Shown here: piece after piece, positions 46,315 to 56,328 of the stretch
Layout of the letters: the number at the start of each line of letters is the position of its first letter
Numbering within the stretch: the stretch's first letter is position 1
Source: an uncultured Candidatus Bathyarchaeia archaeon
Lineage (GTDB): Archaea > Thermoproteota > Bathyarchaeia > TCS64
Direction of reading: 5' to 3'
Assembly (NCBI GenBank): GCA_964529745.1
Contig: CAZGZR010000004.1
Location: 551-64,550, forward strand
Length of the DNA: 64,000 bases
Made by a program: the position numbers and the translations under genes
Notes under the pieces: model-generated
Seen by the model: the letters and a program-made list of their open reading frames with translations, nothing else
What the model was told of the DNA's origin: nothing
Databases searched by the model: none

Positions 46315-48126
46315 ATGACCCCACAGCCTAAAAGTATCTTAATAGGGTTTGCGGGGGGCAGCGGAAGCCCCGTGTACCTAGAGCAACATCATACAACCAT
46401 AAGCGGCCAAACCCAGAAGTCCGGGAAGACCACGGGCGTAAAAGCGATGATAGCACGCAGCGCCATGAGGGCCGTGGTGTTCCTCACCAAACGAGGCGAG
46501 ATAGGGTTCCATGGGTTCCCCGAGATCCAGCCTTATTACCGAGAACCCAAGAAGGGGGCACTCATAGACTGGCAGTACGTGGAGGCGATACTTACCGCCA
46601 CCATGGGAGAGAAGATGAAGATAGAGAGGAGCTTCATAATCAACGCCTGCAAGGGAGCACATAGCCTTGAGGACGTGTACCAGAACATCTTAGGGCGCAA
46701 AGAGAAGGCACGCAGAGGCTTCGACATATCGGTGTACACCAACTTGGCCGCCTACTTCGAGATAATCCTACCCCAGATCAAGGCGCGAAGTTTCGCCACG
46801 AGTCTACCCCTTGAGAAGGGCGTCAATGTGATGAACCTGCTGGACCTCACGGAGGAGATGCAGGCCCTGGTCCTCCAGGCGACCCTCACCTACATCATGG
46901 ACCGGATGCGAGGGGTGATAGCGGTGATCCCCGAGGCCTGGAAATTCATACCCAAAGAGGGAAACCCAGTAAAACTAGCAGCTGAAAGCTTCATCCGCCA
47001 AGGAGCCGCTCTCAACAACTACCTATGGATTGACAGCCAAGATCTAACGGGTGTGGACACCAAACTGTTGAAGCAGTGTAACAACTGGCTTATGGGATTC
47101 CAGAGAGAGCTCAACGAGGCGGAGCGGGTAGCTAAGACGGCGGGCAAGAAGGTAAGCTACACCATGATCCAGTCGTTGAAGCTGGGGCACTTCGTGCTTC
47201 TCCAGGGGACGGAGGACCCCAAGTTGGTGTACCTGTGGCCGGATAGGGTGCCGATGCAGATGGCGATTGATGTGGCTATGGGACTAATTGAACCGGAGGT
47301 AGTGAAGGCATACCTGGAGAAGCTTAGCGAAAAATCGCTGGAAGAGGAGGAGGAGATGTACAGACAAAAATGCGAGGAGCTTGAAACCGAGAAAAAGCGC
47401 CTAGAGGATGAGTTAGAGAAGCTGAGGAGCCAGCCTCCTGAGGGAGGGGTGGACCCTGAGATCGTGGAGAAGGTGCAGCGCCTGGAGGCCGAGGTAACGG
47501 AGCTTAAGGTGCTGAAAGAGGAGTACGATGAACTCAAAGCTGAGAAAGAAGTGGCAGAGGGTCAATGTGACAAGCTGCTCAAGGAGAAAACCGCCCTCGA
47601 GGGGGAGAACACCAAACTGTCTAATGAAGTGGCTAGGATGGAGAACAATGTGAGGTCCGTTGATCTCATAGCCGAGGCGGTGGCAAACATAGTGTTCCCC
47701 AAAGTAGAAGATAAAATCGTGGAGAAACTGAACCTGTCCGCTCCTCGAGGGGAAGCCGAGTTGGGGGTAGACGTCGAACTAGAGACCTCAAAACCCCATC
47801 TTACGCTAACGGAGAGCCGCTACAAGGTGACCTTCAAGGAAGACACCCAGGAAGGAAGAATCCTGTTGCTATGGATTCGGGGGGAACTGAACAAAGGGGA
47901 GGGGTTCACAAAGGGTAAGGTAAGGACCCTCTACAAGAAGTATGGCTGGGATAACTATCACGCCCGGTGGACGGGGGACGCCCTAACAAAACTCGTAGAT
48001 TACGGCTTCCTGGAGACAAAGGTATTCGGGAACCGCACCGACTATTTATTCACCATGACCCCCGAAGAGGCAGCGAAAGAAGACAAGATGGATCTCGAGG
48101 TTGTACCCAAGCTGGTGAAAGTTTGA
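46315..48126 (+). CDS. HerA/FtsK-like ATPase with coiled coil and C-terminal wHTH
   Basis: GQTQKSGKTT Walker A, VIPEAW Walker-B variant, R.G, IDSQ. Confidence 0.75.
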   Translation: MTPQPKSILIGFAGGSGSPVYLEQHHTTISGQTQKSGKTTGVKAMIARSAMRAVVFLTKRGEIGFHGFPEIQPYYREPKKGALIDWQYVEAILTATMGEKMKIERSFIINACKGAHSLEDVYQNILGRKEKARRGFDISVYTNLAAYFEIILPQIKARSFATSLPLEKGVNVMNLLDLTEEMQALVLQATLTYIMDRMRGVIAVIPEAWKFIPKEGNPVKLAAESFIRQGAALNNYLWIDSQDLTGVDTKLLKQCNNWLMGFQRELNEAERVAKTAGKKVSYTMIQSLKLGHFVLLQGTEDPKLVYLWPDRVPMQMAIDVAMGLIEPEVVKAYLEKLSEKSLEEEEEMYRQKCEELETEKKRLEDELEKLRSQPPEGGVDPEIVEKVQRLEAEVTELKVLKEEYDELKAEKEVAEGQCDKLLKEKTALEGENTKLSNEVARMENNVRSVDLIAEAVANIVFPKVEDKIVEKLNLSAPRGEAELGVDVELETSKPHLTLTESRYKVTFKEDTQEGRILLLWIRGELNKGEGFTKGKVRTLYKKYGWDNYHARWTGDALTKLVDYGFLETKVFGNRTDYLFTMTPEEAAKEDKMDLEVVPKLVKV

Positions 48127-48134
48127 CGGAGGGC

Positions 48135-48797
48135 ATGGTTCCATACTTTGAGGTACCCGACGAGGAGTTGCGGTGGCTGGTTGACAAGGTGAACAGCAGG
48201 CTAAAGGCGCCTCTGCCGGCAGAGGAGATACTTAAGTACGCTCGAGAAGATTTCACTAAGGCTAATCTGGCTCAGGCGGCGCTTTTGTTTAAGATGCAAG
48301 ATAGTTACTGCACCAGGTGCGGCGCGTGCTGCCGGACAAGCAACCCGATAGACTTCACCAAGGAGGAGCTTAGAGCCGTGGCCAAGCGGCTAGGCACCAG
48401 CTACAAGCGTCTGAAGAGGAAGCTGAGGGCGACGCCACGGGGTGACGGCCGAATAATGGTGCCGGGTAAGCCCTGCCCTTTCCTCGAGGGGCGCAACCAT
48501 TGTACGATATACGATCTGCGTCCTATTGTGTGTAGATGCTATCCCTTAGGAAAGGGGGTAGGGATGGCGATCCAGGGAAAGGGGTTTATGATGCCGAGCA
48601 GCAGCTGCGAGGCCGTACAGGGGATGATGACAGACGTAGTTTTGGCTCACATCGCTTTGGGTAATCTACTTGATGAAAACGACACCATTAGAATCGAGTT
48701 GGATTCAGCCTTCTTAGATAAAATAGATAAGATAAGGGAGTACCCTAAAGCGATTCAGTTTCAGATGCTCTACGAAGCCATGGAGGTTACGCCGTAA
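48135..48797 (+). CDS. YkgJ-like CxxCxxCC protein
   Basis: CTRCGACC, CPFL, CTIY..RP..CR.YP; start ATG 48135. Confidence 0.8.
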   Translation: MVPYFEVPDEELRWLVDKVNSRLKAPLPAEEILKYAREDFTKANLAQAALLFKMQDSYCTRCGACCRTSNPIDFTKEELRAVAKRLGTSYKRLKRKLRATPRGDGRIMVPGKPCPFLEGRNHCTIYDLRPIVCRCYPLGKGVGMAIQGKGFMMPSSSCEAVQGMMTDVVLAHIALGNLLDENDTIRIELDSAFLDKIDKIREYPKAIQFQMLYEAMEVTP

Positions 48798-49327
48798 TGC
48801 CCTGGGAGAGATACCAGCCCCCGACGGTGGGAAAAGGAGGGTCCCCCATGAGGGACAAGGTATCAGTCAGGAAGGACGGGTTTAGCATAAGCAATAACCT
48901 GTACGAAGAACACCTGTGCGACCCGAATAGGCCTCTGATAGAGATATTCGTGAATAAGGATACTCAAGAGATCGGGTTCAGAGCCTCAGAGTACGGACAT
49001 AAACCAAGGCAAAGGAAAGACACTACCTGCGCCATTGTCTACGCTAAAGGCATTATGGCCACCTGGAAACCAATTCCTGGTAGGTATCCAGCGAGATATG
49101 ACCCAGACGCCGACTTGGTTGTGTTTAAGCCAAAGCTTACGGGTAACATTGAGCAGCGGGAGAATCCACTTGAAGAACAACCTGGGAGGAAGGTGTGCCC
49201 TCAGGGCCTTGAAAAGCCCCTCGAGGACCCGGACATCTGCCGCAGCCGCTGCGAAGGATTCTATAAAAGAAGGTACGGTGACAACCCAGAATCGTGTAGA
49301 TGGAACGGATGGGAAGAGGGTGTATAG
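48797..49327 (+). CDS. Hypothetical protein
   Basis: 176 aa, operonic. Confidence 0.6.
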   Translation: MPWERYQPPTVGKGGSPMRDKVSVRKDGFSISNNLYEEHLCDPNRPLIEIFVNKDTQEIGFRASEYGHKPRQRKDTTCAIVYAKGIMATWKPIPGRYPARYDPDADLVVFKPKLTGNIEQRENPLEEQPGRKVCPQGLEKPLEDPDICRSRCEGFYKRRYGDNPESCRWNGWEEGV

Positions 49328-49537
49328 ACAAATAATGGTTGACGCTAGAGCCCTGATCGAACACCATGAGGAGAGAACGGGCCGCTGTTTCACAATGGCG
49401 TGTAGGTGGAACAAAGATGAGGGCTGCGATAAGCCTAAGGAGGCGCCGTGCCCCCAAGAGGTGGTGCTGACCGGGAACATGGACGCCGGCGCCGGTATAG
49501 ACATGAAGAGGGAGTGGAAAAAACGGGTACCAGTATA

Positions 49538-50401
49538 GTGGAGAGAGGAGTCCCCGACGTCTACATGGAGATGGATCGGCGGGACCAGTTACAGATAGTA
49601 GCCGAGGCCATGGGCGAAGTTGTAGAAGAGCTCGTTTATGTGGTTCAGGGGAAGAAAGGCCTCAGCTACAAGGGAGTTAACACCATAGGCTTCTATATGG
49701 GGGACTTAGGGGTTGAGGAATGGGTGGACTGGCAGAGAATACAGATGGGGGAACAGATGTACTGGAGCGCCACCGTCAGAGGGTACAACGAGCGGTACAA
49801 CCTGAAAGCACTAGGAACCGCCGAGGCCCCCGAGATGATGGAGGTCTACGACAGAGACGACAAAAAAAACAAGATACCGGACGGTAAAGGCGGTTTTAAG
49901 ACCCACCTAGAGTTTGACCGGTTTTGTCGTCGCAAGGCTCTAAGCATGGCGCAGCGGAACGCCAAGCGGGCGGTTATACCTGAACCCGTGTTACTGAAAT
50001 GGCTAAACTACTTCTGGGATAAGAAGCAGGGGAAAGATGTGGAGATCCCCTTCAAGGTAAAGGCAGTGGATGCCGACTTTAAGGTAGTGGACGAAGCAGG
50101 AAAGGAAAAAACGAAACCTAAACCTCAAAGGAGAGACAGGACGAAGAAGAGCGAACCACAGCCGACGGGAAACGAAAAACCGACTGTTGAGATGGTGACG
50201 GCGATCCTGAGCCTGGGGGGCTTCAACAAGAAGAAGGCAGAGCAGCTCATGGAGATCAGAGAAGAAGAGAAGTACATAGTGGTGAAGCTAAAAGATGATA
50301 TACCGGATGAAGAGTATTACCGCCTAGAGCAATCCCTAACAAGCTTTAAACCCGAGTACCGAGAAACCGGTGGGTACGGCGAGTTCTACATAGAAAAGTG
50401 A
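49538..50401 (+). CDS. Possible single-strand annealing (Rad52/Sak-like) protein
   Basis: GLSYKG..., ATVR...GTAE, KALSMAQRNAKRA helix; family call weak. Confidence 0.45.
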   Translation: MERGVPDVYMEMDRRDQLQIVAEAMGEVVEELVYVVQGKKGLSYKGVNTIGFYMGDLGVEEWVDWQRIQMGEQMYWSATVRGYNERYNLKALGTAEAPEMMEVYDRDDKKNKIPDGKGGFKTHLEFDRFCRRKALSMAQRNAKRAVIPEPVLLKWLNYFWDKKQGKDVEIPFKVKAVDADFKVVDEAGKEKTKPKPQRRDRTKKSEPQPTGNEKPTVEMVTAILSLGGFNKKKAEQLMEIREEEKYIVVKLKDDIPDEEYYRLEQSLTSFKPEYRETGGYGEFYIEK

Positions 50402-50408
50402 GGCTTAC

Positions 50409-51404
50409 ATGCAGACAAGCGACTATGAGGAACCCATAGAGGCCCCCAACAGGTGCTCGGAGTGTGGCTCTAGAAACTTGGTAACCACTCAAGACACCCT
50501 CGAGGTAGTGTGCCGCGACTGTGGAACTGTATTGACGACGGTAGTGGCCAACCGAGATAGAGAGTGGAGGGCCTTTTCCTACGATGAACACCAGACACGA
50601 ACAAGAACGGGCCCGCCTCTTGATAGTCGTATAGAGAAGCCGTTGACGACGTACATACCTCAGAACGGCATAGACACGAACGGGAACCTTCTGGACTTAG
50701 AGACCCGACGACAGATGCGACGGATCTCGAGGTGGAACAACAGGGTTAACACCTTCGACTCCAGGGATCGAAACTTCAGGATAGCACAGACAGATCTTCT
50801 TACAATAAGAGATAACCTAAACATCCCTAACGGAGTCTATGAAACCTCTCTGTTTGTCTACCGTAAAGCCCTGGACGCATCGCTCATTAGAGGAAGAACG
50901 ATAAAAGACATAGCGCTGGCAGCCATGTACATGGCGTGCAGAATCAATGATCACCCCATCTCCATCACCGAGTTTGCGGAGAAGGGGGACTTAAAGAAGA
51001 AAGACCTGGCCCGCTGCTACCGGCTGCTGATCCGAAACCTAGACATTGATATCCCCAACCCTCAAGAGAAGCAGAGGATAAAGCGTATAGCTAACAAGCT
51101 GGAGATGAACCTTACAGTTCAGCAGTACGCATACCTGATCCTCCAAGAAGCGAAACGGCTGAGATCCACCATAGGTAAAGACCCAAAAGGATTAGCAGCG
51201 GCCGCACTCTACCTGGCTCAGAGATATATTGACTCTGGCGAGAAACCTAAAACACAGGAAGAGATAGCAAACGAAGCTAAAACGACGGAGGTAACCGTCC
51301 GTAACCGGTATAAAGGGCTCATAAATGACCTAGGCGAGGAAAAACTTCTCGAGATAAGAGACCACCTAAGAGGCTCGAATTTCTACTTTTCTGATGCCTC
51401 ATGA
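50409..51404 (+). CDS. tfb: Transcription initiation factor TFB (TFIIB)
   Basis: CSECG..CRDCG ribbon, EWRAF, RTG, two cyclin repeats, GKDP.GLAAAALY, TTEVTVRNRYK. Confidence 0.95.
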   Translation: MQTSDYEEPIEAPNRCSECGSRNLVTTQDTLEVVCRDCGTVLTTVVANRDREWRAFSYDEHQTRTRTGPPLDSRIEKPLTTYIPQNGIDTNGNLLDLETRRQMRRISRWNNRVNTFDSRDRNFRIAQTDLLTIRDNLNIPNGVYETSLFVYRKALDASLIRGRTIKDIALAAMYMACRINDHPISITEFAEKGDLKKKDLARCYRLLIRNLDIDIPNPQEKQRIKRIANKLEMNLTVQQYAYLILQEAKRLRSTIGKDPKGLAAAALYLAQRYIDSGEKPKTQEEIANEAKTTEVTVRNRYKGLINDLGEEKLLEIRDHLRGSNFYFSDAS

Positions 51405-51703
51405 AACAGGTGCGTCGGGTCCTCAGGGTGAGCTCGGCAGAAAAACACGTCGGCGCCGTAGTCTAATGCAAGCCGCCAAGCAGCTAGAGCAGGTTTAAGC
51501 TTCTTAAACAGGTACACGCTGGGCTGCACCAGCTCACCGTCGTCGGTCTCCTCGATCACCCGTTTAAGGTTCACGTAAAACTGTGTGCTGGTTCGAGGCC
51601 GAAAAGTATAGCCCAGAAGAAAGGGACCTCCCGGGTTCTCGAGATCCCTTAGCGAATCTAATATTTGATGGGCTTTACTCACTCTGACCAAATGGCTCGA
51701 CAT
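51383..51703 (-). CDS. Cas2/VapD-fold-like protein
   Basis: LLGYTF...FYVNLKR...LVQPSVY. Confidence 0.45.
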   Translation of the reverse strand: MSSHLVRVSKAHQILDSLRDLENPGGPFLLGYTFRPRTSTQFYVNLKRVIEETDDGELVQPSVYLFKKLKPALAAWRLALDYGADVFFCRAHPEDPTHLFHEASEK

Positions 51704-51768
51704 AAACTATACACTTACACTATATTTTAATAATATCTTACGTTATACCCTATACAAGTGCACGAGTT

Positions 51769-52119
51769 ATGAAGAAGGGTATCGTAATATTCGCTATCCC
51801 CCGGCGGTGGCCTCCTGACGCACCGGCTGAGGAGCAACGAGACCTCTACGAGGAGATAAAGACGGGAAAGAAGACCGTGGAGTACAGGGACGCAACACCG
51901 TATTGGGCGAAAAGGCTTCTTATCCATAAAAGGGTTCCACCGACAAAGTACCGACACAGCTTCAAGCACCAGCTGAAAGTGAAGAGGGCTTGGTTCACCG
52001 TAGGGTTTCCCAAGGGGAGTGTCCCGCGCCTCGAGGCCGACATAACTGATCTTATCTACGACTCGGATACAGAGCAGTTCGAGATACACATAGCCAATGT
52101 GAAGGAGGTAAAGGAATGA
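51769..52119 (+). CDS. ASCH domain protein
   Basis: YEEIKTGKKTVEYR..TPYW..RL. Confidence 0.8.
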   Translation: MKKGIVIFAIPRRWPPDAPAEEQRDLYEEIKTGKKTVEYRDATPYWAKRLLIHKRVPPTKYRHSFKHQLKVKRAWFTVGFPKGSVPRLEADITDLIYDSDTEQFEIHIANVKEVKE

Positions 52120-53520
52120 AGGAAAATGATCCGAGATTCAACCGTCTTAAAGAGCTTGGCCATAAATGTGGGTTTCTAGGGGTTAGCTGGGATACCTCAA
52201 AAGAGGGAATCATTATTAGGATTTGTTTCGACTCCCCAGAAGAAGTAGAGAAACCTGTCTCTCCATGCGGTAGCAGTCTAGAAGACAGTGTAAAGATTAG
52301 GGAGGTGACGGAGTGACAGAGAAAAAAGAGTTTCAGTTCATAGAGATCGATGCCCTAGCGAGCCTGGAAGAGGAGTTCGAGCAGGGAGGCCGCCCCTTCC
52401 AGGGGTACCTCATGAGAAAGGTGCTGGACACCGTGGCGCCCGGGTGGAGAAAAGAGCATCCGCAGTACAAGATACTCCTGAAACAAGAGGAAGCTAGAGA
52501 CAAGATTCAGGGACGAAAGTAAAATGGATGATGAGATGTGTGTTCTCTGCCGTAAGGCTATGGGGCGAGGTACTAAGCCCCGCTACGTCATAGATTGGGA
52601 GAAAGGGGAGCTGCTAGGTAGGGCTCACACTGGCTGCGTAGACGAAACCTTGGAACCCAGATTCTATTATCCTGTGATGCCTCCGGCTTCCTTGGAGATA
52701 GCGTTTGCGAAGAGGCTTAAACCGGTGATAGACGATATCAGTATGCGGAACGAGGGAAAAAAATGGGATAAAAACGACTTCAATAAGTTTCAGTTAGCCA
52801 CGGCGGTAATATTCAAGGTCTCGAACGCGGAAGAATTTGCTGAGCATCCCAGAGTGAAGGCGTTAACCAGCTGGTGGCTGACCGGCTCAAAGATAATAGA
52901 TCAGGACGAATACGATTCTTATTTTGAGTGGATACACAGCTTTTTAGAGGAGGGGTAAAAAAATGGGCAAATTAGGTATTTTTCAAGATATTAAATGTTT
53001 ATTAGGTCTTCATAGGATGCACGCCTTCAATTTTTATGATGAACACGGAAATCTATGGTATACAGATGAATGTTTAAACTGTTCACATGGGGTATGCTTC
53101 AGATTTGTTCGTAAGTTATCTGAAGAAGAAAGAGAAAAACCAATCTGGGAGATACTAGGAACAACAAGAGAGATTTATTATGGGGAAGACAATAAGGTGA
53201 GAAAACAATTTCTGGAGGTTTCAACATCAAGACCCCCTTGGTTGTACCTACATAGAGCCTATTTATAGGTAGGATAATTAAAATCGGGGTATCCTTGTAT
53301 AACCTGAATGTGGGTGTTAAAGAAGCTAGACGAGTTGATCATGAAACACGCGGTATTGAAAGGCCTAGCGTTTGGGGTTATCCTCTTCATCATATTTCCT
53401 CTGTGGGGTATCTTAGGGAGACTAGAGCAAATAATGATGTGGCTGAAGGGATACGACTACGATAGAGGGTACAGCGGGTACCGCCACAGAGAGACCGGGA
53501 AAAGACCCCCCTCGTCTTGA
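52116..53520 (+). other. Run of five small orphan CDS (52116-52316, 52313-52522, 52524-52958, 52963-53268, 53308-53520)
   Basis: Co-oriented, mostly overlapping or adjacent ORFs. Confidence 0.6.
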
Positions 53521-53554
53521 TGGATTATTAAATACCTCCTAGAGAATACTGTAA

Positions 53555-54403
53555 GTGGCTATGTTCAAGGAAAGGATTCACCCTAATCTAGTATCCGTCC
53601 AAAACATATTCTTCGGACGAATGTACACCAGCGACCTGATCCTGATGTACCGCGCCATAACTGGACGATACATAGAGTACCCCAGCCTCTTCGCAATGAC
53701 CGCCTGCCTGGGACTATTCCATGACACCACCCAGGCGCTGGGGCTTGTCGGTGCCCCCACCACAACCGCGCTGATGGTCGGAAACATGGCCGAGATATAC
53801 TACAACGACGCCGTTAGAAACACGGTGTTCAACCTCGACGTCGAGGAGTTCCAGGACCCGGAGCTCCTGGAGGGCTGGGACGGATTCACCGATCTGCTAT
53901 GGAAAGACATTAAGCGCATGAAGCTAACACCGCCTAAGCTACCCACGCTGGCCTTCGATATCCCTAAAATCACGATCCCCCCTGAGCAGCTCGATACCCT
54001 GTCCATAGAGGACCGATTCGTGTACTACATCTACAGGGGCGACGTCGAGTGGACCGAATACGGCTTAAAGACGATATCGCAGTACACCCCTGAAATGGTG
54101 CCCCTAATATCCACCTTCTACCCAGACTTCAAGAGGATCATGGAGCTCTACGGCGAATGGGTAGGCTCCAGAATATTCCGAGAAGAGGCCACCGAGAGAG
54201 CAAAGATCATAACCAAAGTGGTTTTCCTCAGCAACTACCGTTGGTACGCCCTGGTGGGTGATCTCCTGTCCCCCGTCGACGTGATATTCATGCGGTCAGG
54301 GTTCCAAAGAGGCCTGCTAAAGGTGGCGGACATGATAAGGAGGGAGGCAGAGGGGATCCACCTAGTATCTGAAAAGGAGGCATACCCTAAGGCCTGGCTG
54401 TGA
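53555..54403 (+). CDS. Hypothetical protein
   Basis: 282 aa; TATA-like TTATTAAATA upstream. Confidence 0.7.
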   Translation: MAMFKERIHPNLVSVQNIFFGRMYTSDLILMYRAITGRYIEYPSLFAMTACLGLFHDTTQALGLVGAPTTTALMVGNMAEIYYNDAVRNTVFNLDVEEFQDPELLEGWDGFTDLLWKDIKRMKLTPPKLPTLAFDIPKITIPPEQLDTLSIEDRFVYYIYRGDVEWTEYGLKTISQYTPEMVPLISTFYPDFKRIMELYGEWVGSRIFREEATERAKIITKVVFLSNYRWYALVGDLLSPVDVIFMRSGFQRGLLKVADMIRREAEGIHLVSEKEAYPKAWL

Positions 54404-54413
54404 GGCGACCGCC

Positions 54414-54947
54414 CTGAGGGAGAAACTGAAGGAACGCCTAAGTGAGCGCCTACGGTTCAGGGGAACCGTCGAGAAGTACGGACTTAAGCCGGCGTACAAG
54501 GGGCTCCCCCTCGAGACTATTTTGCTGGTTGACATATACCTGATTTCTGGTGAAATGGTGACAGATCACCTTTGGCTTAATGTGACAAAGGGGTTCAAGG
54601 CGCTAGGAACCCTCTACCCTGGAGACGTCGTAGCCTTCGATGCTCGAGTGACGTCCTACTTGAAGGGCTACGAGGGTGAGGGTGAGCCCCAGGAGTTAGA
54701 CTACAGGCTGAGCCGCCCCACAAACGTTAAGTTATGGCGCCGCGGCGACACGGGGAGCCCAGACTATTACCTGGTGTGCCCTGAGTGTGGATACCATAAC
54801 CGCCAGGGAGAAGAAAACTGCCGGCGCTGCAGGGAGCTCCTGGTCCAGATATCTGGACAAGAGGAGTGTGTACCCGAGTATACACCCTCCTCGAGGACGC
54901 TGTATCAGCAGCAGACGCTTTTCCCTGAAGCTGAGGAGGAGAAGTGA
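54414..54947 (+). CDS. Virus-type hypothetical protein with C-terminal Zn ribbon; probable CTG start
   Basis: In-frame LREKLK..RFRG..EKYG.K..YKG..TILL extension, TDHLW, FDARV..Y.KGY; CPEC..CRRC. Confidence 0.65.
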   Translation: MREKLKERLSERLRFRGTVEKYGLKPAYKGLPLETILLVDIYLISGEMVTDHLWLNVTKGFKALGTLYPGDVVAFDARVTSYLKGYEGEGEPQELDYRLSRPTNVKLWRRGDTGSPDYYLVCPECGYHNRQGEENCRRCRELLVQISGQEECVPEYTPSSRTLYQQQTLFPEAEEEK

Positions 54948-55003
54948 ATTAGGCTTGAATATATGTACATATACTATTGACCATATATCGGAGTCTCTAA
55001 GGC

Positions 55004-55543
55004 ATGTCTTGGAATAACGAGAACCGTAAGCGGCTTGAAGAAATCTATACTCGCCTTGGAGAGACGCCCCCCTGTCCCGTTATTAAAGGGGTCTTATTAA
55101 GGGAGATACGAGAACAAACTGAGTATTGCCTACTAATTAATCCTTATGGTAAAACCCCTGAAGAGGTTGGTCTTGACGTATACAGTCAAGACTATCACCT
55201 GAGAACAAGACTGGTCTCTGGGTCTTATCTGAATAAATCGACGAGAAAACCCCTGCTTATCTCTACTGAACTCTACAACGGCGACACGTCTCCTGTCGTA
55301 GCTGACATAATAACGGCGGTTGGAAACCAAGACGATGTATTCTGTAAGGGAGGCTACGTGTACGGAGAACATGGCTTCGTGTGCTATCACAGAACAAAGT
55401 CATGGGATTCACTGGAGGCTATGACGCTCCGGGAAGCCCTAAAGCGAAGGGGAGGGGACAATAAGCCAACATTTGAGGCGTTCAATCATTTTTATAGTAA
55501 AATCTGCGAGTATCAATTCAAGGATAACGGAATACCCCTTTAA
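55004..55543 (+). CDS. Hypothetical protein
   Basis: 179 aa. Confidence 0.6.
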   Translation: MSWNNENRKRLEEIYTRLGETPPCPVIKGVLLREIREQTEYCLLINPYGKTPEEVGLDVYSQDYHLRTRLVSGSYLNKSTRKPLLISTELYNGDTSPVVADIITAVGNQDDVFCKGGYVYGEHGFVCYHRTKSWDSLEAMTLREALKRRGGDNKPTFEAFNHFYSKICEYQFKDNGIPL

Positions 55544-56242
55544 TTAAGAAGAGGCTCTACTATAATGCTCTAAGGCTTCTTTTCCCTTTTCCGTGATCCT
55601 GTATCGGGCTCGGTGATGCCTAACTTTGGTACTTGGATTGATGCTTAGATGCCAGTCCGAGGTTATCATGCCTTCATCCAGGAGTGTCTTTAGGCTGCGG
55701 CTGTAGCTAGCATATTTCCTGTTGGCCTTAGCGGTGCCCTCATGAAGTTCATCTACCCAGTCAAAGTGTTTCTTCACCACGGGGCTGTCTTTCATCTCGG
55801 GATGCTCGAGGGAGAGCCTGACCGCCATTATGCGGCCCATGAAGTTGTAAGGTGCAGCAGACTGCCCTATCCTCTTTCCCATTAAAGCCGAGGCTACTTT
55901 CATCTGAGGAGGCGCGTGGTCATACTCATGGTCCCAATAATCTATCGTTTGTAGACCTGTTTGACCTGGGCGGACTCTGTACTGTTTCCCCATAGCCTCT
56001 ATTTCCTTTATTTTCTCCTCAAGCTTCTCTTCTGGGACCACAACCATCTCCCAGCCCCATTTTCTCCTCTCTGTATAGGGGGTGATCCCCTCGGCTCTCA
56101 AGATGATCTCCGTCTGCTCTATGCCGTGGGTTGCCTCATGGTATCCATGCTCCTCGGGGTCCTTCAAGTCGTTGAGTACCTGGAGTATGCTAAGCATCTT
56201 TTTTCCCATTCTGAACCTTCTCATGTGTGGAGCGCTCCTCAT
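55544..56242 (-). CDS. Winged-helix protein with large internal insertion
   Basis: SYSRSLKTLLDEGMI...RYRITEKGKEAL. Confidence 0.65.
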   Translation of the reverse strand: MRSAPHMRRFRMGKKMLSILQVLNDLKDPEEHGYHEATHGIEQTEIILRAEGITPYTERRKWGWEMVVVPEEKLEEKIKEIEAMGKQYRVRPGQTGLQTIDYWDHEYDHAPPQMKVASALMGKRIGQSAAPYNFMGRIMAVRLSLEHPEMKDSPVVKKHFDWVDELHEGTAKANRKYASYSRSLKTLLDEGMITSDWHLSINPSTKVRHHRARYRITEKGKEALEHYSRASS

Positions 56243-56328
56243 AACTTAACGTTTAGTCAGTTAAGGGGAGCCCATCAGAACATATAAAAGTTAAGTTACC
56301 CTCGTCAAGGAGGTTAAGCCGTGAGTAA

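Noticed and set aside
51751-51763. Seventh operator copy (TATACAAGTGCAC)
   Set aside because: Only one half-site matches
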